From Antechinus flavipes (taxonomy: Eukaryota): a stretch of 33,000 nt of DNA. Below, piece after piece: positions 22,398 to 33,000 of this stretch (its first letter is position 1; each line of letters begins with the position of its first letter). Where the stretch lies: positions 200,167,001-200,200,000 of the forward strand of contig NC_067402.1 in assembly GCF_016432865.1 (NCBI RefSeq), written 5' to 3'. A program made the translations under genes and the position numbers. Below the pieces are notes generated by a model. It did no database searches, had not been told where the DNA came from, and saw only the letters and a list, made by a program, of their open reading frames with translations.

Positions 22398-23326
22398 TTT
22401 TTTTAAAAATAAATATTTTATTTTATTTATTAAAGCTTTTTATTTACAAAACATATGCATGGGTAATTTTTCAACACTGACCCTTACAAAACCTTCTGTT
22501 CCAAATTATCCCTTCCTTCCCTCCACCCCTTTCCCTTGATGGCAGGTAGTCCAATACATGTTAAATGTGTTAAAATATAAGTTAAATCCAATATATGTAT
22601 ACATATTTATACTGTTATCTTGCTTCACAAGAAAAACTGGATCAGAAGGAAAAAAGAAAAATTGGGAAGGAAAACAAAATGTAAGCAAACAACAACAGAG
22701 AGAGTGAGAATGCTATGTTGTGATCCACCCTCAGTTCCCACAGGCTTCTCTCTGGGTGTAGATGGCTCTCTTCATCACTGAACAATTGGAGTTGTTTGAA
22801 TCATCTAATTGTTGAAGAGAGTGATGTCCATCAGAATTGATCATCATATAGTCTTGTTGCTGTCATGTACAATGATCTCCTGGCCCTGCTCATTTCACTT
22901 GGCATCAGTTCATATAGGTCTCTCCAGGCCTCTCTGAAATCATCGTTGATCATTTCTTACAGAACAATAATATTCCATAACATTCATATACCACAATTTA
23001 TTCAGCCATTCTCCAATTAATGGGCATCCACTCAGTTTCCAGTTTCTGGCCACTACAAAAAAGGCTGCCACAAACATTTTTGCACATACAGATCCCTTTC
23101 CCCCTTTCAAGATCTCTTTGGGATATAAGCCCAGTAGTAACACTTCTGGGTCATAGATTTGATAGCTTTTTGAGCATAGTTCCAAATTGCTCTCCAGAGC
23201 TATTGGATCAGTTCACAATTCTACCAACAATGTATCAGTGTCCCAGTTTTCCCACAACCCCTCCAACATTCGTCATTATCTTTTCCTGTCATCTTAGCCA
23301 ATCTGAGAGGTGTGTAGTGGTATATA
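22398..23326 (-). mobile_element. LINE-1 3' portion (ORF2 tail and 3' UTR), antisense, nested
   Basis: Antisense ORF2 peptide EILKGGKGSVCAKMFVAAFFVVARNWK. TGTTTC on both sides (22392-22397, 23327-23332) with a TTTC|AA target. Confidence 0.9.
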
Positions 23327-23336
23327 TGTTTCAAAA

Positions 23337-23414
23337 GAAGAAGAAGAAGAAGAAGAAGAAGAAGAAGAAGAAGAAGAAGAAGAAGAAGAAGAAGAAGAAG
23401 AAGAAGAAGAAGAA
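23337..23414 (+). repeat. (GAA)26 microsatellite
   Basis: 78 bp of uninterrupted GAA. Confidence 0.98.
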
Positions 23415-24849
23415 CTTATGTAATATATATACTATATACAGTGAAAAAAAAGATTACACAAGACCTCGCAGCCTTGGAATGCCATATTTTGTACAAATAT
23501 ATCTGGAGTTATGACCCAGAGTAACATACCCAGAAAAGTTAAATATAATCCTGAATGGAAAACAAAAGGACATTTAACAAACTGAAAGACTCTTTTTTTT
23601 AAAAAAGTGAAATTGTGTAGGAAGAGATATAAAGGAGCAATTACCTCATAAAAATGAGGTGAAAAAGGATAAACTGATAGAGAAGAAGTTAGTAGAAGGG
23701 AAGGATGGGTAGTAATGAAATCTCATTCTCATTGAGAATGGGTTAATGAGGGAACAACATATATATCTAGAAAGGTATAAAAGTCTTTTACATTCAGAAA
23801 GGAATAAAAAGACAAGGGGAACATTTGGGAGAAAAGAATAAGGTGGGAATTCTTAGAGAGGGGGATAAGTTAAGGAATAGGAAAGCAAAGTAGCAAGTGA
23901 AGTAAAATAGAGAAGTGAGGAGGAATAGGAATTAGGTGAGAAGGCTAGTGTGGGGAAATTAGGAAAGAGGAAAATAAACTAGTAATTATAGCTTAGAATG
24001 TGAATTGAATGAATTCATGCCTAAAATGGAAACAGTAGATTGAAAATTTGATTTCAATAATATGTTGCTTTCAGGAAATGTTATAAAAATGAGAGATACA
24101 CACAAACATAAAATAAAAATCAGGAATAGAATTTATTGTATTAAAAAACGCAGGACTAATCACGATCTCAGACAAAGTTAAAGCTAAAATAGGTTTAATC
24201 AAAAGAGAAAAAATAGAGATACCACATTATATGCCAGCCATATTTATTAATATTGTTTTACAATATTTTAACATAACAAGACAGTATAAGATTGGAATAT
24301 TGCTGTGGTGTAAGAAATGATGAGCCAGTGGATTGAAAAAAATATAGAAAGACTTGGACTTATAAAGAAGGATACTATTCACTATCAGAGAAACAAAGGA
24401 CAACTGGAAATAAGCATAGTATTATTTACATATATTTGTATGAATGTCTCTGTGTGTATATATGTACATGATTATAGACATCTGTGTATGTGTATGATGT
24501 ATGTATATAGATATATTTTGTATATCTATATACCTGTCCATCTATCTATTTATCTACATATACATATCGGTGCTTAATTGTAGCCCTCTTTGGGAGGGGA
24601 AGAGAAAGGGGGGAAAATAAAGAAAAATTTGCAAAGCAGAGAACAAAAGAAAACCTACAAGAGAACAAAAAAAAGATGGACAGCTCTGAACACAATGTGT
24701 ATTATTTATTATATAGACTTTGTTGAAATGGAAGTTTATTGCTTTATATTTTGAATCTTCTCATGTTCTTCTGTGCACATGACAATTTTTTCTTTTTTTT
24801 TCTATTTACACTTAAAATAAAATAAATCCAACTTTTTTTAAAATTAAGA

Positions 24850-25720
24850 CTGAACATATAGATCTGGAAGTCATCTTCCTAGATATGAAAATTAAAGGCA
24901 TGGGAATTGATGAGGTCACCAAGCAAGAAAGTACAGAGTGAGAATAGGGATCAGTACAGAGTGGGATATATTCATAGGTAGGAAGGTATGGATGATGAGA
25001 GCCTGAAAAGTAGACAGAAAAAAAAAGTAATAACAATAGTAATGTGTCATGAAAACCCAAAGATCTCTAGGAAGAGAGAATGTTAGAGTCAAATTACAGC
25101 AGAAAGGCTAAAAAGGATGAGGCTCAAGGAAAGACTAGAATATTTGACAATTAAGAGAGCAATGGAAACTTTAGAGAGAGATGATTCAGTCAAGTGATAA
25201 AATAGCAAGGTACCCTGAGCAGCATGTGCAAATCTAATCACTTCTCCCAGCTTCAGTGGAAACAGCTCACTATCTTAATCCCAGGAATCCTTGGAGTAAC
25301 AATACTCCCTCATCACTGGCCTTGCTCCATCAGCAATGATCCAGGAAAGCAACCATTGGATGCAAACTGACAAATGCTTCTATACGTACGGCAGTCCTTG
25401 AATACCTGGAAAATAATGTTCTTGACACCAAAAGTCCTTAATATTGTCAAATGGTTCATCATCAGAAGCACAGGTAGTTTTATCCATGGAATAGCCATTA
25501 AGTACATGGTTCCCCCAATCACAGCCCCCTGAAAGGAGTGTGGTTAAGGAAGAGAGGAGAGTCATAAGATGATAATTTGAGGGTATGGAAGAATCTAGTG
25601 AAGATTTTTTAAAGATGGAGGGAAGTTGGGCAGTAAATGAGTAAAATGTAGTAAAATGAGAAACTGAACAGTAGAGAGATAATAGAGATGATTGAGGAGA
25701 AGATTAAGAAGGAATGAATG
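24850..25720 (-). mobile_element. LINE-2 continuation, interrupted by an unassigned segment at about 25205-25530
   Basis: gatctggaagtcatc...gaattgatgaggtcacc and later gaagattttttaaagatggag follow the recalled L2 consensus order. Confidence 0.6.
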
Positions 25721-25967
25721 GGGAAATGAAAAGAAAATAGTCCATCTCTTCATCAGATACTGGAGTAAAGAAGTGGGACTGAGGGGTGATATTAAGTGTA
25801 TTGTTTAGCTAGGAAATTAAAGGACTGAATTTTCTAGCCAGTCTTAATTTGGAGGTACATGCTACTATTTGGTTTCTTTTTAATAATGGAGGGAGATGAT
25901 GATGGAGTCATAGTTGTATCTAAGAATTCTGACTATTTAGATTCTGCAGAGAGTCATAAAGATGAGA

Positions 25968-26377
25968 TGTTGTTAGTCGATCATTTCAATCATGTCTAAC
26001 TCTTCATGACCCCATTTGAGGTTTGTTTGACAAAATGGTCTGCCGTAGGGCAGCTAGATAGAGCAATAAATAGAGCAATAGATAGATTACCTGCTCTGGA
26101 GTCAGGAGGACCTGAGTTCAAGTCTAGCCTCAGATATTTAATACTTACTAGCTGTGTGACCCTACACAAGTCACTTATCCCCAATTGCCTCTCAAAATAA
26201 ATAAATAAAATGATTTTCCTTCTCCAGCTCATTTTACAGATGAGTAATCTGAGGCAAACAGGGTTAAGAGACTTGGCCAGAGTCACACAGCTAGTAAATG
26301 TCTGAGACCAGATTTCTAACTCAACTCTTTCTGACTCCAACCCTGGCGCTCTATTTACTTACTACACCACCTAGCTG
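25968..26377 (-). mobile_element. MAR1-type SINE, interrupted by WSINE1
   Basis: tgttgttagtc...gaccccatttgagg tail and ccttctccagctcattttacagatgag...gtcacacagctagtaaatgtctgagacc. Confidence 0.85.
26048..26210 (+). mobile_element. WSINE1-type SINE
   Basis: gggcagctag...ctggagtcaggaggacctgagttcaag...ccccaattgcctc followed by an (AAAT)n tail. Confidence 0.88.
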
Positions 26378-26489
26378 AAATAATTTAGGATTTAATCAAT
26401 TATCTAGGATGAAAGCAGAAGAAAATCACTAACAGGTAAAGTTAGGAATATTCCTTCCTACTAATGATCCACTGCTTTAGACCTATTTT

Positions 26490-26935
26490 GTTACCTTCTT
26501 TTTTAGGAAAAAAAATTATCTCTTTTATTTTCATAACATCTTTTCCCCAAAATATTTCTGTCCTTCTCTCTTCCTCTAGAGAGCCAGTTTTTGTAACAGA
26601 GGATAAAAATGAATGGGAGAAAAAATCAAAATTAATCAACATATCAATTGATCTTGACAATATACATCTAGTGTTCCACACTTAAAATCTCTTAAGAACA
26701 GAGGGAGGCATGTTTTCTTATCTCTTCAGAGTCAGCATTTTATCATTATAATTATGTAGCATTCATTTTTCTTTCTGTTATTCCACTTTCATTTATATCA
26801 CTAAAGTTATTGTTTTCTTGGTTCTGTGTACTTCACTTTGCATCAGTTGATATAACTTCCCATGCTTCTGAGTAGAGTTCATATTCATTGTTTCTTACCA
26901 TACAATAAAAAGTATTTTAATATGTTTAGGATCTT
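26490..26935 (-). mobile_element. Old LINE-1 3' UTR fragment
   Basis: cttcactttgcatcagttgatataacttcccatgc resembles the antisense L1 3' end seen at 20300-20340. Confidence 0.55.
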
Positions 26936-27094
26936 TCTATCTTCAGTGGTTCCCTTCAAAAAGTTTAAGGCATATTTCTCCCTTTTCCAGTTCTCAGGAT
27001 GCTACTTTCTGGTACTGGTGAACTTTGAGGAGAAAACTGATTCAGATTTGTACAGATTCTAATTATTTATACAAATGCCTTATCTACATTTGCT

Positions 27095-27520
27095 CTGTCA
27101 GTCAAACAAATAATCCATAAGCACATATTGGCTCCCAATATGTGTCAATCTGTGGAGGACTCTGGAGATAAATAAAGTAAAAGAATCCTTGTTCCCAAGG
27201 AGTTTAAAATCTAGGAAGGGGAGAGATTTACAGATATATACAAAATAGAAACAAGATAATTCTGCAAAGGTATTAACATGGGAGGAGAGATTGGAAAAAT
27301 TCTTGTCATGCTTGAACTAGGCCGTGAAGGAATTTAAGGATTCCAAGAGACAGAGATGACTAAGGAATGCATTTCATAGTCAGTGCAAAGAAATATACAG
27401 GGACGATAGAGTGCCACATATGAAGAACAATAAAAAGGCCAGTTTAACTGGATTATTGAGTACATTGAGGAAAATAATGTATAATAAGTCTGAAAAGGTA
27501 GGTTGGAGCTAGTTGTGATG
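27095..27520 (-). mobile_element. LINE-2 3' fragment
   Basis: gtcagtcaaacaaat tip, ccttgttcccaaggagtttaaaatctag and aaggccagtttaactgga...aaggtaggttggagctag. Confidence 0.6.
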
Positions 27521-27919
27521 GACTGTAATTGGCTGTATGTGTGACAGTGTGGAGAAGACAATAACTCTAAGATTGTGAACTCAGGTGACTTCTGGTCAGA
27601 TACCATAGCCCATCATCTTTGTATCTCTTTTAAGTGCTTGATAATATTTCTCAATAAAAGATGTCCTTATTACTGACCTTGTTTTAAATCTAATGCCTTA
27701 TCTTGATCCAAGCTGCTATCTCAGGACTCAGCCTGAAGGGTCCTTTTTTTTTGAACCTGACTATAATTCCAATTAATCCCACCAAAATGACTCGAGTTAG
27801 AATTCCTTCCTCTCTTGGTCACTGAGTCTGTTGATAGTATATATTTGAAAATTACCTTCCCCAAGAGACTGTACCTCAGACTATATTTCAAAGCCAGACA
27901 GAAATAAAAATCCATATCT

Positions 27920-28115
27920 CAAGATCTTCCACTGCATTCAGAGCCATCACCAGTTGTCCAGTTCTATTCATATCTAGCTATTGCACCCAGAGGTTTCTGG
28001 AGAAGAGAGTGAGTTTGCCCAGTCCTGTCTCATTCACTTGCATGTCATGGTATCACCTCCCTGATGCCATGGTCCTCTTCTACAGTGAAGAACAAACAAG
28101 AACAACAATTTCAAC
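27920..28115 (+). mobile_element. Marsupial SINE 3' end (WALLSI/RTE-tail type, family uncertain)
   Basis: ttcacttgcatgtcatggtatcacctccctgatgccatggtcctcttc...gaacaaacaagaacaacaa. An antisense tip of the same family lies at about 32126-32170. Confidence 0.55.
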
Positions 28116-29279
28116 CATCTCTCCCCTTCATGAATTACAAAATAATAATGCTAATAACAACTGGAAAATGCTTCAAAATATATTACCTCATTTGATTCTT
28201 AAAACATGCAAAAAAAGCAAGTACTATAAATATTGTTAGTCCTTTTTTAAAGATGGGAGACTTAGATTAAATGACTCCAATGGACAAAAAGCTAGAAAGT
28301 GTCAAAATAAAGATTTGAATCCCAGAGTTGAATGTGCTTGAAAACCTGTTTTGAAGGGATCACTTAGGAAATTTTTGAATATGCCAAGCTCATCACTCAA
28401 AAGATCTTTAAAATAAATATGCTAATGGCATCTGGGAATAGGATGCTCCTGCCCCCAGATTTTGTGGTAATGAAGAAACAGCTGTGAATCAGCCATGATG
28501 AAGGGCAAAGGGGATGGAGGTGAAAGTAAAAATTTGCACAAAATCCATCACTCATGCTAACTATCAACCAACTCACAACTATCTTTAACTAAGCAAGATA
28601 TCTAAGAGTAATTAGACACAATAATAATAATCTTTCTATTGTGCTGAGAAGAATGAATATTAGATGAGGAAGTGATGACCTTGACCTGCTGAGGAAGGGG
28701 TCCCACATACTATACCTAAAGAACAATGAGATTTCAAAAAAGGTATATCTTTCTGAAGGACAGAAGCCACTTTTATATCACAGAAGGTCTTAAAAAAGAA
28801 AAGAAAAGGGATAATACTATTGAAAAGCTGTCATCCAGATAAGAAATGAATGATCGAAACAAAAATGACACTGCTACTCCTCCAGTTCTTTTTCTTTAGA
28901 CACTTGGTGAGTCATTTTACTGCTTAGTACATCAGTGACATTTGGAAAGTACATTGCAAACCTTAATGTTCTATAGATATGCTACTTGTTGTTTCTTTTA
29001 TTTCCTCTCTCTAGAAATTATGGATAATTTGCTTCAAGTCACTTCTTAATTTCTCACTCTGGCACCAAACCAACTAATCTAATCCCTGTTTCCCATGATA
29101 ATTCTTCAAATATTTGAAAACAACATCATTTCCTCCCTTACCTTTCTTTAAATGTCCACTTCCTTCAACTGATCTGGTTATCCTCCTTTGGACATATTAT
29201 CATTCATTAACCTCAGATTTTTCATAGTATATGTCATACAAATTCTCTTTCTCCCACTTCCAGCATCAAAAACTTGGGA

Positions 29280-29980
29280 GGCTCCAGCATGAACCAAACC
29301 TAATAATTGAAATTCAGTAGTGATAAATACAAGGTATTAACCTAAAAAAAAAACTTTGTTAGTACAAGATAGGGTAAGTATGATTAGAAAGCAATTTTTC
29401 TGAAAATCTAAGGTTTGGGTTGGTAAAAATCAACATTGTGATATAATAGCCAAAAATGTTAACAAGAATAACTAGATTTGCATTTTAAGGTTTACTAAGA
29501 ATTTTGTATATGTCTATCTCATCATATCATATATGAGATATACATATCTCATTTGATCTTCACAATAATACTGGAAAGTAAGCATTATTATTGCTGTTGT
29601 TGTTATGATTATTATCCCCATTTTACATATAAGTTGAGACAAATAGAGCTTATATAACTTGTTTAAGGTGACATAGTACTTACTGTCCAAAGCAGAATTC
29701 AGATTTAAGTCTTTCTGATTTCCAGTTCTGACTCCCACGTCTATCCTAACCTGATCTTCAGCTCCATGAAGGGAGAAATAATTTCCAGAAAGGAGAATGT
29801 GAAAATCTTTCTGTACTCTGCCTTTACCAACTCATATTAGAGCATTGTGTTCAGTTCTGCAAGTTATCATTTTTAAAAGATATTGCTTTTAAAAAGTCAT
29901 GCTTTAAAAAAATATTCAGATAATCAGATGATTATCTGAAGCATGTCCAAAGGAAAAAATCAGAATGATACTAGGATAAA
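29280..29980 (+). mobile_element. CR1/L3 LINE fragment, interrupted by a MIR at about 29540-29740 (-)
   Basis: tgaaattcagtagtgataaatacaagg...agtacaagat and tgtactctgcc...gcattgtgttcagttctg match the recalled L3 consensus. Confidence 0.6.
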
Positions 29981-30126
29981 AAATCATAGATTCCTATTGT
30001 CCCCAACCTGAAGTGACTTGCCTCAGATCACACAGGTAATACATAAGACTTTAAATTCAATATTCTTTCCCGTGTGAAAATCCTTGAGGTTATGTGCTAT
30101 AAAGTCTAGTTGAAGAAACTAGTACT

Positions 30127-32455
30127 GAGGGAGGATTCTAGGAAGATAACAGAGTAGGTCAGAAAATTCAAAGCTTTTCAGATTTCCTTCACAAATAAGG
30201 CAAAACTGTTCCTCGGGTCTGACATATGGTGGTTAAAAAATATACAAGTTGAGGCAGAACAGTGGTCCTCCTGGGACACTAAGAGAAGATCCAAAGAAAA
30301 ATTGAAGTCTGGCCTCAGGCTAATTTCATTGAAACAAGTTGAATGAAACATTCAATTTCATTGAAATCCTGGTAAACCCAGGATTGGGAGATTGTCTAGG
30401 GCCCAACCAGAGGAATTACCACATCCCAGATAGTTTTGGGAGTTAGGTGTCTGAATGGAGAAAATTGAGAGAATCCCTGCTTAGGAACCTCAGGCCCAAG
30501 TGAACCACACAGATTCAGCCCTGGGAGTGCTCAGTTTGGGGTTCCAGATCACAGGAGAGAACTGAAGAAGGATCTGAGGACAGAGGTACCATCATCTCAC
30601 AACCCTCTCCATCTTCAACCCCATCACAGGATGGGAAGTGATTACACTAACAATCTTAAAAAAAAAAAAAAAAATGATTGGGCAAAGGAGAAAGAACTCA
30701 AATATAGAAAAATACTATGGGGATAGGGAAGATCAGCATTCAGCTTCAGAGGAGGATATTGAAGTAATAAAGTCTCTCCTACCTCAAAGAGTAATGTCAT
30801 TTGCCCTCCCTTCTCCCTCCCCCCGCAAATTCATAGGATATAAAAAAGACTTTTAAAATCAAATCAGAGAGATAGAGAAAAAAGTCAAAGCAAACAACCC
30901 AAGAAAAACAAGAAAATTGTGAAAACAAAGTCAATCAACCAGAAAAGAGTCTTAAGGAAAAAAGTGACTCTTTGAAAATTAGAATTGAGCAAAGAGAAGC
31001 CAATGAGACCAATATATAATAAAACAAAATATAAAGATTTATGAAAAAACAGAAGAGAGTGTGAGGCACCTCGTAAGAAAAATAGATCTAGAGAAAAGAT
31101 CAAGAAAAGGAAACAAAAATAATTGGACTATCTGAAAGCTATGACCAAAAAAAAATAATAATACAGATACAATAATACAAGAAATTTTTTTTTTAGAAAA
31201 AAAAAATCCACCCATCACCACCTGAAAGAGATTCTACAAGGAAAGCTAATAGGAACATCATTGCTAAATTTGGAAACCCTCAGATCAAAGAGAAAATTAT
31301 ACAAAGAACACCAAAAACAAAAAAAAAAATTCAAATATCTTGGAGCCACAATCAGAATCACACAAGATTTATCAGCAGCTACAAAAAAAAACTGCTGGTC
31401 CTACAATACTATATATCAACAACAAAAATAACTATAGATGCAGTTAAAATGTTATATGTAGCAAAATTAAAGTAATACTGAACAAAAAGAATGGACATTC
31501 AATGAGTTGCCAGATTTTCAGTATTTTGTTGAAAATAAACCTGAACTTAATCGAAAATTTAACATGTAAGAGTTAACATCAAAGACTAATTTCAAGGGAC
31601 TTGATAAGAGCAAGCTATGTTTTATATGTGGAAATATAAGCCATATGTTTAAGATTGTCACTAGTAATTGGATAGCTCAAAAGAAAAAGTAGGGTTGAAT
31701 ATGATGTGATTCTAAAAAGTAAAACCTTATAGTAAAAGGCAAAAACATTATATGAATGAAGTGCAATAGCAAGAATTAACACAAAGGAATTAGATGGGGG
31801 AAGAGGAATCCTACTCACAGTTAAAGAGGTGGATGTGAGGTAAAAGGGGAATAATACATTTATATCTGGAAGAATATACAATTCTAAAATTTGTACAGAA
31901 ATAAGAGGGGGAAGAAATAGAATAAGGCAGGGTATAGAAGAGTGTGTAGATGAATGGAAATGGGGTAAAGTGTGTAGATTAATAGGAATGGGATAAAGAG
32001 GGAGGGAAAGGGTATGGGGAATTAATAAGGAAGGGCTCCTCTGTGAGGTAGGGGTAGGGAAAGTGGGGTTAAGTAATAGTAAGGCAGGCTAGGGGTAAAA
32101 GTAAAGTAGAAGAATTAGCAGAGATTCTTGCTATTCATCCTTTATTTTCTAAGAGAACCATGACATCAGGCATTACATAACAAGGATAGGAAACAAGAGT
32201 CATACACAAACACAATAATAGTGATGAAGAGTAGAATTTATTAGAAAAAAAGTGAAGTTAGTAATCATTGATCTTGGACAAAGTCAGAGTTAAAAAAGAG
32301 TGTCAAAAGAGAAAAATTTATATTATATGTCAGCTATATTGATATTATTTTTGATCTATATATATATATGTGTGTATGCTTTTGTATACTTATATATAAT
32401 GTATATATATTATATATATTTATCTATAAATATATCCATACTTAATATAGCCTCT
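30127..32455 (+). mobile_element. HAL1-like copy C (about 2.3 kb, nearly uninterrupted)
   Basis: 5' end gaggattctaggaagataacagagtagg, ORF1 remnant (IEKYYGDREDQ; ORF 30638-30856), purine-rich spacer, EN remnant with junction tattatatgtcagcta (32321-32336) and TA-rich UTR. Confidence 0.8.
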
Positions 32456-32781
32456 ACTATTATGAACAGCCTGCTCTTCTGTTATGAGCAATCTACAGAG
32501 TTATAGGAACACAATATCCAAAGTACAAAGTGTTTTGTTTAGATTGAGTTTGGGGAAAGAACACAATTCTTAAGTTAGCCAGAGATGCAATTTTTTTCGT
32601 CCTTAACATATTTTTTATGTGAAACAAAGAAGTTTTAATAGGAGAGAACATGATAAGAGAATGATAAGAGATCATGATAAGAGAAAATCATTACTGGCCT
32701 TTATGTTTCTTTATTGCTACTGACTCAGTAATGGCCAGAAGGCAGTTTTCTCCTTTACAGAATGAGATGCTTGGATTAGAT

Positions 32782-32895
32782 CAGGGCTTGTTAAACTTTT
32801 TCCATTGGTGACCCTTTTGCACCTAAGAGATTTTTACATGACCTTAAATATATAGGTACATAAAATAGATGTACAAATCAAACATTTACTGATAA
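32782..32895 (+). mobile_element. hAT/Charlie-type non-autonomous DNA transposon end
   Basis: Starts CAGGGCTTGTTAAAC (hAT-like TIR) after GATTAGAT, a Charlie-like nnnTAGAn target. The second TIR is not seen. Confidence 0.45.
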
Positions 32896-33000
32896 TAAAT
32901 CATAATTTTGCACATTCAAAAGTATCTTTTCAACTCTAAATTTATAATCCTAAATGATGATATTATAATGGCATTTATCCTTAAACTAAAATCTCAGATC

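Larger units (their letters stand above)
21623..23449 (+). mobile_element. L1 3' end plus extra downstream sequence, bounded by a perfect 16-bp TSD
   Basis: AAGATTACACAAGACC at 21607-21622 and 23450-23465, TT|AAGA target site, L1 homology 21623 to about 22160. Confidence 0.8.
19683..24845 (+). mobile_element. HAL1-like copy B with nested insertions
   Basis: L1-type 5' end (gaggattcctggaacacggtagagtaagtcagaaaatt). ORF1 remnant (YYGDREHQ at about 20935) and EN remnant (ICCFQE 24060-24077, ISDK 24165-24176), then a jump to the ORF2 tip at about 24285, a TA-rich UTR and AATAAA at about 24817. Confidence 0.8.

Noticed and set aside
23020-23514. 164-aa ORF with poly-Lys
   Set aside because: It is antisense L1 sequence plus the GAA microsatellite.
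25368-25385. TAGAAGCATTTGTC (minus strand) resembling the recalled U15 snoRNA guide
   Set aside because: It has a mismatch in the guide, is not followed by CUGA, and the rest does not resemble U15.
26032-26212. AAAATG as the TSD of the WSINE1 insertion
   Set aside because: MAR1 homology continues past the left copy (ggtctgcc), so the match may be coincidental.

Overview
Repeat-rich mammalian DNA, very probably marsupial. This is inferred from MAR1/WSINE1-type CORE-SINEs and dasyurid-like L1 3' ends, and the species cannot be proven from the window. No host exon, rRNA or tRNA gene is recognisable. The main element is a 4.4-kb betaretrovirus-like provirus (1537-5919) with two LTRs, a 6-bp TSD, a perfect tRNA-Lys(CUU) PBS and a PPT. 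Its interior keeps only pieces of gag, pro, pol and env. Three internal deletions (CA N-domain; NC+dUTPase+PR active site; RT connection+RNase H N-half) all join their flanks in frame. The 3' LTR keeps a TATA box and a perfect U5 splice donor, and the 5' LTR has lost both. The provirus sits inside one of three copies of an internally deleted, ORF1-centred (HAL1-like) L1 derivative that share the same ORF2 deletion junction. Also present are a 1.8-kb L1 insertion with a perfect 16-bp TSD that looks like serial 3' transduction, a solo LTR, several L1/L2/L3/MIR/SINE fragments with deep nesting, a hAT-type end, and an unassigned 325-bp segment with a C/D-box-like fold. Repeat family names and protein comparisons are from memory of consensus sequences, not from a search, and most repeat boundaries are approximate.
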